Assembly (NCBI GenBank): GCA_012295275.1
Contig: CM022672.1
Location: 21,452,001-21,516,000 of the forward strand
Reading direction: 5' to 3'
Length of the DNA stretch: 64,000 nucleotides
Origin: Chrysomallon squamiferum
Taxonomy: Eukaryota; Animalia; Mollusca
Shown here piece after piece: positions 1-15,510 of the stretch. Position 1 is the first letter of the stretch. Each line of letters starts with the position of its first letter. Below the pieces are notes generated by a model. The model saw only the letters and a list, made by a program, of their open reading frames with translations. It was not told the origin of the DNA and did no database searches. A program made the translations under genes and the position numbers.

Positions 1-443
1 CTAGATGAATCAAATATAAAATTCATAATTCTAACCCTAAAATTTTGTTTGTTTACAAGCAAAGTTTAAAAGCATGTATATATGTGTTCAGCTCACAATT
101 TTCAACTCATTCATGTGAGCATTAATGAAGATCTAAAGATTACCTAGTAAAGGTCTTTGAACCTTGGACAAACAGCATCATCTTTAATTGGATGTAGTAC
201 GTACATTCAGTTAAATAGGATTTTCAAATCTTGAGAAGAAGCATGAACAACAACTGGCAGCTGGTTTCTATTTTCTTTAATAGTGTTAATTCTTTCTTTC
301 TGGGTGCATGCGTGCGTGCGTGCGTGTCTGCATGCATGTTTCAAAAGATCAAAATTAGGAGAACATCTTGAATGAAACATTTCCATTGCACTCAGTACTG
401 TTAAAATGTTTTTATAAATTTATTATAATAAATTTTGTTTTTT

Positions 444-493
<50 letters not shown>

Positions 494-1140
494 ATAATAA
501 TAATAATAGTAATAGTAATAATAATAATAAAAATATGATTCAATCACAGTATTTCTGAACAAAGTATTTTAGAATGTCTACAAACCAGTGATAATATTAA
601 GGAAATTAATAACAATTATTTTTCTGTTTTAAAATACAATAATTGAAAAACAAATATAAAACATATTTTTGTGAAAATCTAAAGACAGAAAGGTGAAACA
701 TAAAACAAAATTAAACAGTCATATAACACAGGTCTGAAAATATTTAGAGATTTCAAAATAATCCTTTCCTTCTAGACATGATTTCTCCCACAGAAAAATC
801 AATACTAAAAACTGGTCAATATACTGGTCAGAGTGCGTTCAGGTACTAGTTCTATTCTAGGACATACAGAAATGACAAGACAGCTGATTCTTCAGTTTAA
901 ATCTTACTGTAACAAGTATCCATTATTCTGTATGTGTTTATCACATTAATGGAAAATGTTCATGACCATACCAGTGTTTTGTTTGTAATTTGTTAATAGA
1001 TCAAGATATTTTATTACAGTCTGAATACAAATTTAAAATCCATTCAAATTTGATTAATAATAATTTCTAATTACAGTATTGTTTTTTGTTTGCAATTTGT
1101 TAACAAAAGATACAAATTGTATGTGCAAGTATATATTGTT

Positions 1141-1234
1141 TGTGTGTGTGTGTGTGGGTGTGGGTGTGTGTGTGTGTGTGTGTGTGTGGGTGTGGGTGTG
1201 GGTGTGGGTGTGTGTGTGTGTGTGTGTGTGTGTG
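1141..1234. repeat. (GT)n microsatellite with GTGG interruptions
   Basis: Seen directly. Similar CA/GT tracts at 445-491, 6781-6879, 11390-11491, 43141-43194 and 60509-60563. Confidence 0.97.
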
Positions 1235-2279
1235 GCTAAGAAGAGATTGCATGTTTTAAACACAAACATTTCTGTTTTAGATATTCTGTTATTTAGTTTG
1301 CTTCAATGACAACTTTGTAGAAAAGGATTTCATGAAACTCACCTGTTACAATTTCATCCAACCTACCAGGTTTCACTAACTAATAATCTGACATTTTATA
1401 TTTATCAGATGGAAAAAGGACATGAAAAACCTTGTTACTGATAATTGTGATGCGAATGAAACTGATGACTCTCAGCAAACTCTATATAAGATTATGAACA
1501 AGAATAAAGAGTTTTATTTAGTTTTGCACTAAACTCATTTTTGAGCTATGGTTAAGGACCATACATATAATTGCAAAGGTAACAGACAACAGGTAACACG
1601 TTCATGCAAACAAGCAAATATAATTGTAGATAAAATGCAAATACATGTTATACAGATATGAATAAAAATACCCTTTTCTTCCTAACATATCTGAACCTTG
1701 ATGTTCAGTTTAAAATAGAATCACTTTCTCTTCCTGTCGCTTTCAGTTAATGGAAATGCGGATGAGAAATATCACAAGGAAAATTTCTTTTATTATTATT
1801 TTATTATATATATAAATATATGTGCATGAGGGTGAGTGTGTGTGTGTACATTTGTTGTTTTTTCTTTTTGGTTACTTTTTTTCATTTATTTTATTTTAGT
1901 GATTGTTATTCAGAACTAAATGACAATCAACTTTCACTTGTAATTATTATTTCAAATTGTAAAATAAATTACATTAATGTTCATTTTGTTCTTTTGCTGC
2001 TCTTCCTTTTTTTTTTTTTCCTCTTTTTGACTTAATTTTTTGACTTTTCTAATTTTTTATTTTAATATTCTTCTTAAACTTTTTGCATTCTTTTTTCTTC
2101 TTTTCTTTTTGGTTTAATTGTTCTCACTTTTCTTACTTTTATTTTAATATTCTTCCTTAAACATTTTTCTTCTTTTCTTTGCACTGTTATAATTGTTATA
2201 TAAATATTTAATTCAGTTTAGAGTAACAATAAAGATGAACGTCTATGCTTAATCTAAAAAGTAAGTAAGAATTTTGTGA

Positions 2280-2820
2280 GATTTCAGACACTAGAGAAAT
2301 CTGTGGCTGATGGGTTTGCAAATGCAACTAGTGCAAAAGCTGGAAGAATGTGTTAGAGCCTTTCCAGATTTAAGAACAGGAATAACAAAAGCTTTCTTTC
2401 AATCAGAAGGAGTCTCCAAAAAACCCAGATCTTATTTCAAATGTTAAGAAGAACTAATATTCAGGTAAGGTGTTAACAATAAATATCATCTGAACCAACT
2501 TCAGTATCAGGAGATCTGTGAAGAGCATCCCACAGCTCCTCCTCAGAGAACAACACATTGTATACCCCAGCAATTTCAGAGTTAAAAATAATAAACTGCT
2601 TTTCAGCTTCAATTTTAACAGAAAGAAGAAGAGTTATATAAAACATTTCTGTCAATGCATTGGTTATGACATACGAGACATTTCTGTTATTCAGTGATGG
2701 CTAGTGTTACTGGCTTTGCCTCTAATCTTATGGATACTGATCTAGTCAGATTTACATCAGGTTTGACAAGTTGTTCAAGATGATCTCCTAACCAGTTTAA
2801 ATTTTCTGCTTGCGCTATAT
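2280..2820 (-). mobile_element. LINE ORF2 fragment (region upstream of RT)
   Basis: YNVLFSEEELWDALHRSPDTEVGSDDIYC resembles the LINE F-x-x-x-E-L-x-x-A-L...A-P-G-P-D-x-I motif; the flanks are degenerate. Confidence 0.6.
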
Positions 2821-3219
2821 TTTTTTGTGCAATATGTTTTTAGAAAATACATATATATAATTTCATATATTACTTTAATTTCTTCTTCTTGTTTTTTTTT
2901 CAAACATATTATTGCACTGGTTTTGCTTTGCATAAATATTCAACCAAAGATTGAAAGAAACAATTTATTTCATATTCAGTGTCCTATGTCAATCCAGGTT
3001 TTTGACTCTGCATATAATCCCAACTCATCAAGAACATGTTTCTAGACTTACCTGGCTTATACACAGCTATGTATAGCATATCTATTATTCTTTGGTTTCA
3101 TTAGTGCATTTTCGTTCGTTTTCTTTTTCTTTTTTCTGATATTATATTAATTATTCTTTCCAGATAACACATGGAACAAAAACATTATTGTATTTCCATA
3201 GCTTCTGATTTAATTTTAT

Positions 3220-3256
<37 letters not shown>

Positions 3257-3707
3257 TAAAATTCAATGGAAAGATTAATAATAAGATGGAGAAGATACAT
3301 CTCAGTATAGATTTAAGCAAACATTTTTAAATTTTGTAATGCAAGAATTTTTTGTTTGCTTGGCTTTTTTTGTTTGTTTGTTTTTGTTTGTTTATCATCC
3401 AGATGGGTTTTTTATATGCATCTGGTGTGCATCATCCTCATTACAGGCCAGTGACCCAGTGTATAGGCTCCGCATGAATTAAAAATAGCCTCAGCAACAA
3501 AATATTGATTATATCCATTTGTACATTATTTATCTTGTAGATGTTTTTAGAAAAAAATGTTTTTTGCAGCTTAATTTCTTCACAGTGTAATTGTTTCATT
3601 ACATTTATTGTAAAAACATGTAAGGGACTAACAGTTTTTTTTAAATTTTTTATTATTTTTGTATAAGCATTCCACGTGGTTTTTATTGGTTTATTCTTTT
3701 TCTGTGT

Positions 3708-3746
<39 letters not shown>

Positions 3747-4339
3747 TTTTAATAAACATTTCAAAATTTAACAATTTTACTATCTTGTTTTTAATTTACC
3801 AAAATAGAAATACCTGGATATTTTTAATGAATTTTTTTTTTTTTATATTATATTTTATTTTTATTTTAATTTTTTTTTTTAGTTATAGTAAATGATATCC
3901 AGGTATAAATGCTTTTTAAGAATGAATAAATAATTCATAATACAAAAGTCAGAATTGTCTATAGGTATAAGTTATTTTTATAAAACAGTGAAGTAATACA
4001 GATGAATGGATGACAGGACCGTTATAAGGAATAATTGATATGTTGTAAATATTAAAGCTTTCCCTTGATTCTTGTGTTCTTTATTATAATTAATCTATCT
4101 CACTACCTATCTATCTACCTATTTATATGTGTGTGTGTAAACATACACACACACACACACACATATATATAAAACATACATACACAGTGCATATATATAT
4201 AAATATACACACACACACATATTATTTAGATTCACTTATATAATACATACATACATGCACACAGATATATTTATTATTATTATTATTTGTTTGTTTGTAT
4301 TTTGTTGGATTTTTTTTTTTTTTTTTTTGTGGTATGTAG

Positions 4340-5050
4340 CAACCAGATAAGCTTGAAATCATTAGTTTTGCATCAGTTATAACATATTTTCCTGTATTTG
4401 ATGTGAATGTACCAACTAATATTAATGAAACCATATCAATTCTTTATCAGATGTGATGGATCTTATTGTGTTTTCCTGCTTCTAATTTGCAGCATTTCTT
4501 CTTAAACTTGCCAAATATCATTAATATTTTTACAAAATAATTAATGTCTGTTCACTTTTTTGGACTACAACATTATTATGTGTGAGTGTGATGGAATCAT
4601 TAGAACTTTGCCTCAGCTATAAAATTTATTATTCTGTGCTTTCTAAGAAAATAAATATATATTCTCCAGTCTTATAATACAGTAATCCTTAAACCTAAGC
4701 AATATCATCTGATGTGATAGTACCAGATATAAATGCATGGAACCATTAGAACTTTGCATTAGCTCTTGTTAATGTCTTTTTTTTCTTCTTTTTTTCCTGT
4801 CTATGGTTCATTTTATCCATATTTTCTAAGAAACAGAGAACAATAATGTGACCAACTTACAAGATATATATAACTAATGTTTAAACCCAAATGGTATCAT
4901 CTGATATGAGCGTACCAACCATATATGCATGGAACCGTTGCAACTTTGTATTAGATCTGATCTGTTATTTTGCTTTTTGTTTTACTGTTTCTAATTCCCA
5001 GCATTTCTTCTACATCTCAAGTAAAATACTTAAATATTTTTACCAATTTA
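4340..5050. repeat. Old, degenerate local repeats (3-4 partial copies)
   Basis: catctgat(g/a)tga..gtacca...atgcatggaacc.tt..aactttg.attag at ~4706 and ~4898, partial copies at ~4590 and ~4355; tg.ttctaatt..cagcatttcttct at ~4478 and ~4986. Confidence 0.7.
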
Positions 5051-5459
5051 CAAAATAACTTTAACATAAGTATAAAAATTTAACAATTTTTTTTTTTGAA
5101 CTGACTATTATTATGTCATGTGATGCAATTGTTCCGATACTGCATGAAAGGGGTGGGAAAAAGCCACTTTTTGATGATCTGAAGTGATTTCACAATTCCA
5201 AAAGACAATGAATTTTTTTAATTTAAGTTTGTTGGTACTACCTTTGGTATATTTTCATTAAGAACTGTCCATTTAATGAATAAATAAATACATAAACAGT
5301 TCTACTGACAACATTTCTATAATTCTGTATTTATCTACTTCAATCAGAAGATTTAATTTTTCCATCTCAGACCTCATGCTATCAGTCAGGGATTTAATAG
5401 AGTATTTACAAAATTTAATTTAATCACCTTTCATTTCCTACTCAGTTCTCAGAAAAGGA

Positions 5460-6110
5460 TTATATATATATATATACATATACAGGCATTACTTTTTTCA
5501 TCATGGTTGACTTCTACATTAGCTTCCAGTATTTTTTCCATGCAATCTGTTGACAGTGGCCAATTTTATCAATGTAATTTATTCTTAGAATATGTAAGAA
5601 TGCTAAAATTAATTTGACTCTATTTTAAGTTGAGCCAAACTGACATAAAGAACAACATGACTGACTGTTGAGTGTTCTAGTTAAAAACTGGCACAATTTT
5701 GGGCAATATAGAAATAAAGCAGATTCAATTAGGTTAATGCACAGTTTAATAAGTGTTTAGTCCACGAACTGGAGCAGTCTTCATTGTAATGCTGAAGCAC
5801 TTTCAAGAAATCTGGGCAGCCCAATTTAAATGGGAATAATAAATGTGAAGTTTCCTGCATCTAATCTGTTGTAGAAAGAAAAATGAACTAAAGGATATCA
5901 CTGATAATCACAAAAGAAATCTGCTGCTGCCATGCATGAGACTTTTTAAAAAAAGAAAAGAATCTTTTACATGTAACTTTATACAGACAGCAGATTTTGG
6001 ATAAGTTATTGAAACATAACTTAATCTAAAAGGTACACTAAGAAATGATCCTAATATCAATGGTTCATTAAACCAGCTTTTATTCAAAATCATACTCATC
6101 TCCATTAAGT
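5460..6110 (-). mobile_element. Possible degenerate LINE RT-downstream fragment
   Basis: Complex, coding-like composition amid AT-rich DNA; weak similarity (TAPVRGL) to the post-RT TP-x-x-x-L region; multiple stops. Confidence 0.25.
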
Positions 6111-6621
6111 TTTTGCAGAAATGTAGAAATTGTTTAATGGAAATTTTATTATACTTTTGTGATTTTTTTTCTCCTTTTTTTCTTTTTTCTTTTTTAATTT
6201 TTAATTTATTTATTGATTTTTTTCTTCTTTTTTTTCTTATTATTCTTTCTTTCTTTTTTTTTAATCTTCTGTTTTTACTTTGTTTTCAATTTCGGGGCTT
6301 TTTTTTTCAAATTTTTTATTTTTAATTTTCACAAATGATTTGAAACCAGATTGAGATGTTTACATTTATAATCAATTCAACCCAAAATTATTACATCTTG
6401 GAGCAATAAACTTTAATACAAAACCAAATCACACAGGGGTTGCGTTATAATACAGATTAAGATGGACACACATCATTAAAAGTGAGTTAAAAACATGATT
6501 TCATAAAAACCAGATGTTAGAAGCTGAATCTGAACCAGGTTACTACTTGCATGTAACTGATTGCATGGTTCATTGAGTTTAGTTATATGTCATTACATCA
6601 AAGAGAAGAAAGACATGCATT

Positions 6622-6716
6622 ATCTACCTTTCTCTCAGACTATCTCTTTTACTATCTTTCATTCAATTTTGTATCTACCTTTCTCTTAGACTATCTCTTT
6701 TACTATCTCTTATTCA
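6622..6716. repeat. Tandem duplication, ~50-bp unit x2
   Basis: tatctacctttctct(c/t)agactatctcttttactatct occurs twice. Confidence 0.9.
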
Positions 6717-6792
6717 CCTTTTTTTTTTTTTTTTTTAAATTTCTTTTAATCTTATTTGTCTTCCTCTTTCTTTTATGTATGTGTTTCTGTGT

Positions 6793-6845
<53 letters not shown>

Positions 6846-8640
6846 TGTGGGTGTGTGTGTGTGTGTGTCTGTGTGTGTGCACCTGTTAACACCTATAGCA
6901 AGCTAATAATTAAATTCTTCTTCCTCCCCCAACTCCTTTTCTTTTAATTCGGTTCCTTTCTAAAATCAGCTGTATGTTATACAATTCCTGATTAATAATA
7001 TCCTGATTCGTTTTCTTTTCTAAAAATACAACATGTCATTTTCTTTAAAATAGCGTCTCTAAATCACCTTTCAGTTTTTCTCTCAGAGCAATATTTACTA
7101 GCCTATCTGCCATTACTTAAAAAAAAAAAATAAATAAAAATAAAGCCTTGTTTCCAAAAAATATTCAAGCATGCCTTTTGTGCACACTGTTTTAAACCAT
7201 GCTGAACAATTCTGCCAAAAACAGAAACTAATAATAAGAATATTACATTTCAGCTGTTAATTACTGTAATAGTCTGAATACTGATGGTCTGCAATTACCT
7301 GTTTGAACTGAATAGGTCACTAGCTGATGAAGACTGATCTTGAATTAGCACTAGTTAAATTTACTTCATGATCACCATGGTGATCTGGGATTAATTTGCA
7401 CAAATTGTGGTAGGCCATTCAAAGCACAGGAAATTCATTTAATTTTTTTTTTTTTCTTTTTTTTTTTGAATAGATGATGCTTTTCCTTTAGGAAATTTCA
7501 GAGTTATTATTTGAAAAAACAAATGATATAGCTTTTTTTATGGGGGGTGACAAGAAAGAAATGGAATAATCAGACAGAAAAACTTTGATATAAAAGACTG
7601 AAATTAAGTCATTTAACACAATTTAACACAGAGTAAACTGTTGTGAATGGTAAATGCCCGATTAATAATATTCTGATGTATTAACAAATTTTTTTTAACT
7701 AGGATGAAATAGAAATAATAAAGAATTTTTATCACATGGAAATATGAATTCAAATTTATAAAATGAGAAAAAAAAAAAAAGTCATTTTTATCGAAGAGTT
7801 AAAACTAAAAAGTTATGATACAGATGTTTGAACAGAAAGAGAAATAAAACAGTTGTAAATTTAAAACTGACAATAACCGGAAATTATGTGCTTACCTCAG
7901 CATGGCCAGTGTATGGTACAGAAACATCACATGACCAACTATCCTCACTGGATGAGGCCATGGAGTTGTCTCCCCCTGTTCTCAATTTTTATTATTTTGA
8001 CTCAGTTGAACTGAAAGAAATGAAGTGAAAAATGTGAATCAGACTTGTATATTTTGTGCAGGAGGGTGATAAACAAAAACACAATGTACAGACCTCTTTC
8101 TCTCTCGATTTTTTCTTTACTCTTTGGAATATCAATAAGCAATAGGTAGAATTGTAACCACTATATAATGAACTTTGTTTCTGAATATAGTTAACAAATG
8201 TCAAAAAATATATGGATCAGTTATAGTTAACTTGACATACATTAGTTTTTAGAACTGAAGAATCAATGAGGCATCTCATTAAATTAACCACCATATTAAA
8301 CCAGATCAATTTGAAAGTTGTTTTAGCCACTGCAGTGAAGTGAAGCTTAAAAGAGGGAGATGGGGATCAAGACATTTTTAAATTCCAATACAAATGATGA
8401 TTTCTCAAGCATGGCATAATACTGTGGTTTTTTTATGGGTTTTTTACAGGTTTTTTCTTATTTAAGTAAAAAAAAAAAATAATAATAATAATAATAATAA
8501 CAATAATAATAATATAATAAAATAAACATTTTAAAAAGAAGTGCTAAAATGTTCCTTAGCTCAACAGCTGAAGATTGATTTTTTTATTATTATTATTATT
8601 TATTGTTAATTGATTAATTAATTCATTTATTCATTTATTC

Positions 8641-8643
<3 letters not shown>

Positions 8644-8720
<77 letters not shown>
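8644..8720. repeat. (TA)n microsatellite
   Basis: Seen directly. Confidence 0.97.
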
Positions 8721-8723
<3 letters not shown>

Positions 8724-11388
8724 CACACACATTACTTTTTAGTAGCTACAAAATGTTTTACAGTAGTGTTGTAGATTGTATTTCTAGATATCAGTCTCTA
8801 CAAACAGATACAGTAATACTGAAAAAGGTATGGGATTGTGTTATGCAAAGTCCAGAACAGAACAGTCTATCCTATAGAGAATAGTATATTTTTATGTAAA
8901 AAGTTTTAAAAAGAAGAAAAATGAAAGAAACCAAAAAGATAAAAAGAAAAGAAAAATATTGGTTTGGCATAAAAATTTGTAGCATTTTTTCAATAGCACT
9001 TGATTTCATTTCACATTTGACTGACATATATGACATATATACATATGTATTGTGAAAGCTGAACAAAATGACACATAATATTGTTATATAAAATCTATGT
9101 ACAAACGTCTTTTGTTCCAACCCACTAGTGATGAATTATAATCATATATACCTCACTATGAGGTATCATACATTAGATGCCATGCATGAACTCAGGCTGA
9201 ACTAGTGGGTAACATTAAAAATTAGGTGAACTCTAATTTAATGAATTCATTAAATGGCAGCAGATGGTTGTGAAACTTTAATTTTGGTGTTTGCTTCTAG
9301 TAAATTCTATTGGTTTCTTTTTGACAGAATTACTGAAAAAAACAGCATCCATGCTGACACTGTCTTGCAACTGTTACAAATTAATTTGGGATTCTTTTGC
9401 AACATCTGGAACCATTATTTGTGCAGGTCAGGGTTTAAATTTAAAAGTTGTTTCATTCTTTAAACATTTATTTGCATAATCTAAAAAAAAATGTTTTTAA
9501 TTTTTTTATTTTTTTTTTTTTTTTTTTTTAAATAAATAAATCAAAGAATAGAAAACAAAGACCCACAAGAAATGCTGAAACCAAATGTTACCACTTTCCA
9601 CAAATATTAGAGGTTTTCATCTTATTTTTAAATTTTGTATCTTTTTTTATGTATTACTTTTATTTTATTTTATTTTTTATTTATTTACTGATTTTTATAT
9701 ATATCTATTTTTTATTATTATTATTATTTTAATAATGAAAAATAAATGAACAATCAGTTTATCATATATTTTTTTGGCATTATTGACACTACTGTGTTTT
9801 ACAAATACTGTTTTTTTTTTTTTTAAAAGGATGTATTTTTTGCTATCCCTTCCAGCACCACATTTTGAAGTAATACATACTACCCTGTGCCAGGTATTTT
9901 GAGGAGCATTACCTATTTTTTTTTATCCCTAATGTGTACCAAACCAGTGCACAATGTGTACCAAACCAGGTCAAACTATGTTGCCAGTGGCGGTGTTTTA
10001 GCACACTGAATTATCTCTCTAAGAGCACAGAAAGGGTTATAATGAAAAGTATACAAATATCTGGTCTTAAATATATTATTATTTTTTTATATTTTTTTAT
10101 GTTACTGATGATTATGAAAGACAAAACCCACAGTGTCTATTTTAAAAGCTACTTATATTGATTACTATCACAAGATCACTGACATATATTTTACCACAAA
10201 TATCTCTGATAAGATACAGTTGTTTCTAATACAACAGGAAATGTTACCATGAATAAAACAAATCCTATCATGCAACAGGTTTAACCAAATAAATTGTTTA
10301 ATTAAAAGATACATTTTTCATTACTGAAATATAGTGAAATCATTAACCACATCTAATTTAAAAACGTCATCATTATTATTTATCATATAGTTAACATCAC
10401 AGAAAGCTTAAAAACAATACAGTAATACATCTGCCATGTGCTAAGCAGTAACTGATAAATAACATTCATTATTTTTATGTAAACGGTAACTTATATAAAA
10501 TAGCAATCTATTTTATCACAATTAAATCTTATTTATAATTTCCAGAAGCCATTAAAATCATTGTTCCAATATTTACAACACTTCAAAATGTTCAAGGGAG
10601 AGCCTTTCTCCTAGCACTCCTTTAGCAAAATTACATATTTTTAGTATGCCACCCCAATGTGGTGATTGTTCCAGCAACCCTATTCAGATGTGAAAAAATT
10701 TGACAATGACTTTTTTGGTGTAAATCGTCATTAGCTGCAAATATCATGAGTTTCATTAATATTTTGTTTTCTTAGAAACATATTATTCTAGATTATTTTT
10801 AGTCTGATGATTTTGGATAAGGCCTATCCTTTCATATCTCAAACCTTTACAAAAACAAGTAACATTACCATCCTTCATCTAAACAAGTTCTGCTGTTGTG
10901 ACTGATACATAACAACATTTGTAATCTAGCCAGAACCGTTGTGTTTAAATCAATTTTAATGCAAAATATGACAAGTTTTAGTGTTTGCAGTTGCAAATAT
11001 CTATTATCAACGTTTCTAGATCAAATTAAGTGTGTGTGGTATACACGGATGAGTCACACCCATGTTATGACTGTTTAGAGATCTTAATTCAGAAACATTT
11101 CAATAATAAACCTTTTCATAAAGCCTACTGCTCCTAGTTTACCACTGTCTTCTGTAAGCTAGCAAGTTCAATCCATTCTCCGTAATTATGTTACAATTTC
11201 AGATTTAGAAGGTACCAATTTATTCTTGGTCTCCTATAATGAATGAACATGGCAAACCAATATCTAAGTTCCACAAATTAAAAAGGTTTTATTTAATGTG
11301 TAATAAATGACATTGCTATTATTTACCTTTAACCCAGAAGTCTGCTATATACATACATATATATATATACACAACCACACACGTGCGT

Positions 11389-11424
<36 letters not shown>

Positions 11425-11492
11425 TCACACACACACACACACACACTCACATACACACACACACACACACACACATACACACACACACACAT

Positions 11493-11773
11493 TCAAGGTC
11501 AGATTTCCCATATAAGTTTTCTAGGCTAGTGCCCAGGGCGGCAGGAAGATAGGTGTGGCAGTTTATGTTACATAAATTCATATTTTCACATTTGACTCAT
11601 AAATAAATCACTGTGTAAATGTAAAACCATGTTTTTGTTTCAACTAGATCATAAGTTATAACCATTCATATTATATAAACTAAGTGGGAAGGGTGAGGTG
11701 GACTTGAGCCTTGAGGAAGGGGTAGTCAAATTTCTTTAGCCTATGGGCAGCAAGCACATTAAATCCAACCCAG
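11493..11773. mobile_element. Possible degenerate MITE
   Basis: GC-richer island with weak terminal inverted similarity (caaggtcagattt ... aaatccaacccag) next to a (CA)n tract. Confidence 0.35.
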
Positions 11774-13614
11774 CACACATTTAAAATGCTTGTATCAAAC
11801 AGCAAACCAACAGTTACCATAAAGACAAGAAACATTAGATGGTTAAATTTACACTAACATTTACCTGACTAGCAGGTTGCAGCTTGAATATTTACACTGT
11901 AATTTCAGGACAGAAAATAAACAAAAATTATTAGATTATATGTAAAATTACCTTTGCATCTTTTATTTGTATAACAATATATTGGGACAATATTCAATAT
12001 ATGTTGTTTTTGCTTTAATGTGCATAACACTGTGAAATCATGATTATTAAATTTGTTTAACTAAGTTTTCACAATTATTGACAGTTGCTGCCTCTTTACA
12101 CACAAAGATTTGAATCTGGAGTTTAAATCTATAAATATATGTAATGAGAATATGCATGTTTGTATATTACTATATAGTATTCATGATTCTGTGTTTTTGT
12201 GCTTAGAATCTCTGGATATGCATATATATTATAATGTTTGTTTGTGAATATATATTTAGGAGTATCTGTAAAATTGGGACATATTTTCATTTTTTCTATA
12301 TGCAGTACCTCATTCCCACATTGCACCTTAAGTTAATAGTGTTGCTTATTCCTCAGTGCTCTACATTTATCTTCTATACTGAAACATTAATTTAATACAA
12401 ATTCAAACTTAAATAGCACATGTTGATAATTTACTATCAATAATAAATTGATTTATCAAAATATCAATAACTTTTCATCAATACTTGAAAATCTAATGCA
12501 GATGCTTATTTAACTGCATGCAAGAATATATGTACAATGTTCAAATATCTTTTCCCTTTGTGCACTCTGCTCAAGTAATGCCAAAATAACACTTTATCTT
12601 TTCTAAGCATACTTATTTTAGATAACAATCAATCCCTTAGTAGAAAAGAATAAATCCTTAATTAACCTATGAAAAGTTCATGTTCTTTTCTAACTACAGA
12701 GTAGAGCACAATGCTACAACTACAACTCATTTTAAATCTTAAAAGAAACCCACCAAAACACAATCTGAATTTTAAGACATTGCACAGACACAGTTCATTT
12801 TGAAATTTAAAAAACCTACCAAAACAGCATCAGAATCCTATTTTAAGACAATCCCCAGAGCAATGACACAACCAAATCTCATTTTAAATATGTTTAAACC
12901 CCACCAAAACACCATTTGTATTTTAATGACATTCCTTTGAGATTAAAAACCACAAAAAAATATCAAAAGTGACTTCAAAAATAAATATATATATATATAT
13001 ATATTAAACAAAAATCCAACTAAGTTCAACTGTCATTATTTTTTTTTCATTAATCCAAGTTTGCATCAGTTTGAATTAAGAATTAAAAATGAATAACCAA
13101 GATATGTCAGTATTTTTATATATACATAATTACAACTTTTAGCAAAATAAATACAAAATAATATGGTAATAGTTAATAATTTTTAATTGGGTTTGTTTGT
13201 TTGTTTATGTCTTCCTTAATCTTTATTTATTTTCATTTTTCATCACACACACACTGTTGTGGCTTTTTTCATTTTTTTATTTTATTGTTTTTTTCTCTTG
13301 ATGTTTTTCATTTGTTTTAAAAGATCACCAAGGAAATGAAAATACTTGTGTACTAGAAAACATTATTTATATTTATATTAATCTGTCAGATAAATACTGG
13401 GTCAGAATATGTTTATAATTTATTTAAAATTAAATAATAATAATAATAATAATAATATTAATAATAATAATAATAATAATAAAAATAATATTTTAAAATC
13501 AGATAATTCAAATTCTTTTTTAAAAAAAAAAATTTTATTATTATTTTATTTTCTCTCTCTGCATTTCTTATTTTTATTTATTTTATTTATTTATTTATTA
13601 TTTATTTATCTTAA

Positions 13615-13646
<32 letters not shown>

Positions 13647-15129
13647 GCTATAGATGAAGGAAAAATGCTATGGAGTGGTAACTTCTGTAATACTTGATCA
13701 TATAAGCAAGGCAATTTCTAAAAATAAAATTTTCTACAGAAGCCATAATAAAGCACTTGTCAGTGACCTTATAAATAGTGACAAATCTGCTTAACGTTTT
13801 TACTATTTGAAGAAAAATAATGCATCTGCATACTAAAAAAAAATTAAAGCCTATGTATATCTGTAAAAATAAAACTTTTATGAAAAAATATTAATGTCAT
13901 TTATTTTGGCAAATATCTATTTATTTCAGGATAAAAAAAAAAAGTATATTCCATTAATTTTATCTGCCATTAAATTTTATTTTTAATTTTTATTTATTTT
14001 TAATTTTTTGTTTTATTTATTTATGTATTTATTTATTATTATTTGGGTTTTTTGTATGACAATATTGATGTATCTATGTATATGTGTGAGTTAATGTCTC
14101 TATATTGAACTATTGTTTACGAAAATATGTGAATGTTGTTATTAAATATATTATTTATTTCCTTTCTGACTTTTTTATTGTTGTTCTTTTTTATTTCAGT
14201 GTATTTTTTCTTCTTTTATTTCTTTTTTCTTTATATATATATATCTTCATCTCAGACAACATTCAAATGATCATCAACTTATACAGTTAGCTGTTATCTC
14301 TCTGACTGCCTATTTCACCTTTATTTGTGATAATTACTTGCAAATTAATCAAATCTCAGTAATATTGTTGAATTTTCATAATTTCAGATCTTCTACAAGC
14401 CAGATGTTCTGATTTTGCATTTCAAATAAACTTTTGAATTCAAATTAACAGTAATTCTGTACATTTTAATATTAATGATTTTTAGATGTTAGTCATGTAT
14501 TTTTTCCAATAATGACAATGCAGATACCAGACCTTTTATTTATCTGGCTGACTGAAAACAGTGTTGGCCTGGAACATAGAAAATCCTGTTTTGTGTAGTT
14601 ATGGTTTGCTGAATTATGAATGTCCCGGGAAGCAGAAGGAACTGATTGGTTTGCATGTGTTTTATTTTAACAACAAAATGAAAAGCATTTATATTCTAGC
14701 ATTACTGTCTGGGGTAGCAGCCACTTGTGTGCGTGTGTTTTGTTTTCTTTACTTGTTATTTCTTCTTTTTCTCCTCAATTTTTTGTCACTCACATTGGTC
14801 ACTACTATTTTAAAGTATTTTTATATGTGGTTGATTAAGCAGGTGCTTGTGCATTATATGTTTTTTCCTATTTAATCTATATGAAGTTTTGCATCAAAAT
14901 GGGAATCTCTGAGACTTAAAATAATGGCAGCTAAACAGATTGGAGTGATTTATACTCAGCATAAATTTCACGTAAATAAAAAGAATGGATAGAAAATATA
15001 TTGGAAATATGTTAACTGACAGTACCTCTGGCCTTTGTTGTGACTGTGGACAATGCTCCCCTTGTATTCTCTTCTCCTGAACCACACAGAAGACACATAC
15101 ATACAGACTTTCCAGTACATCCTAAAATA

Positions 15130-15510
15130 CTTGCCATGATGTTTCAGATGGACTTTGAGACATCTGCTTACAATGCTGTAACCTGTATTCGCCATCACAT
15201 GACTGAGAGGCTGATTTTTCCATTATACTCAGTGTATTTGGTATCGTATATAAAAAGACCAACTTCAGATTATATTGAAAATGGTGACATACAAAAGGTG
15301 TTAAGGCATGCTTCAGCCCTTCCGATGGTTCCACTGGACAAAGTTGAGGATGTTTGGCCTGACATAACTGCCAAAAGTCCCCAGGATGAAAAGAAAATAT
15401 TACTGATGGACTATGTCACTAGCACAAGGACAGAAGGGTCATGGTCTCCAGTAATGTGGAATCACTTTGGTAATGACAACCACCAAACAAATAACCATCT
15501 GCACACATAG
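15130..15510 (+). mobile_element. MULE/Mutator-family transposase remnant
   Basis: MDFETSAYNAV...ALPMVPLDKVEDVW...LMDYVTSTRTEGSWSPVMWNHFGNDNHQTNNHL: DFE-x-A-x-x-NA, ALP, W-N-H/F and TNN-x-x-E-like motifs of MULE transposases; truncated by a stop at 15508-15510. Confidence 0.8.

Noticed and set aside
31-40. CTAACCCTAA telomere-like motif (also ~63424)
   Set aside because: Fewer than two full units; expected by chance.
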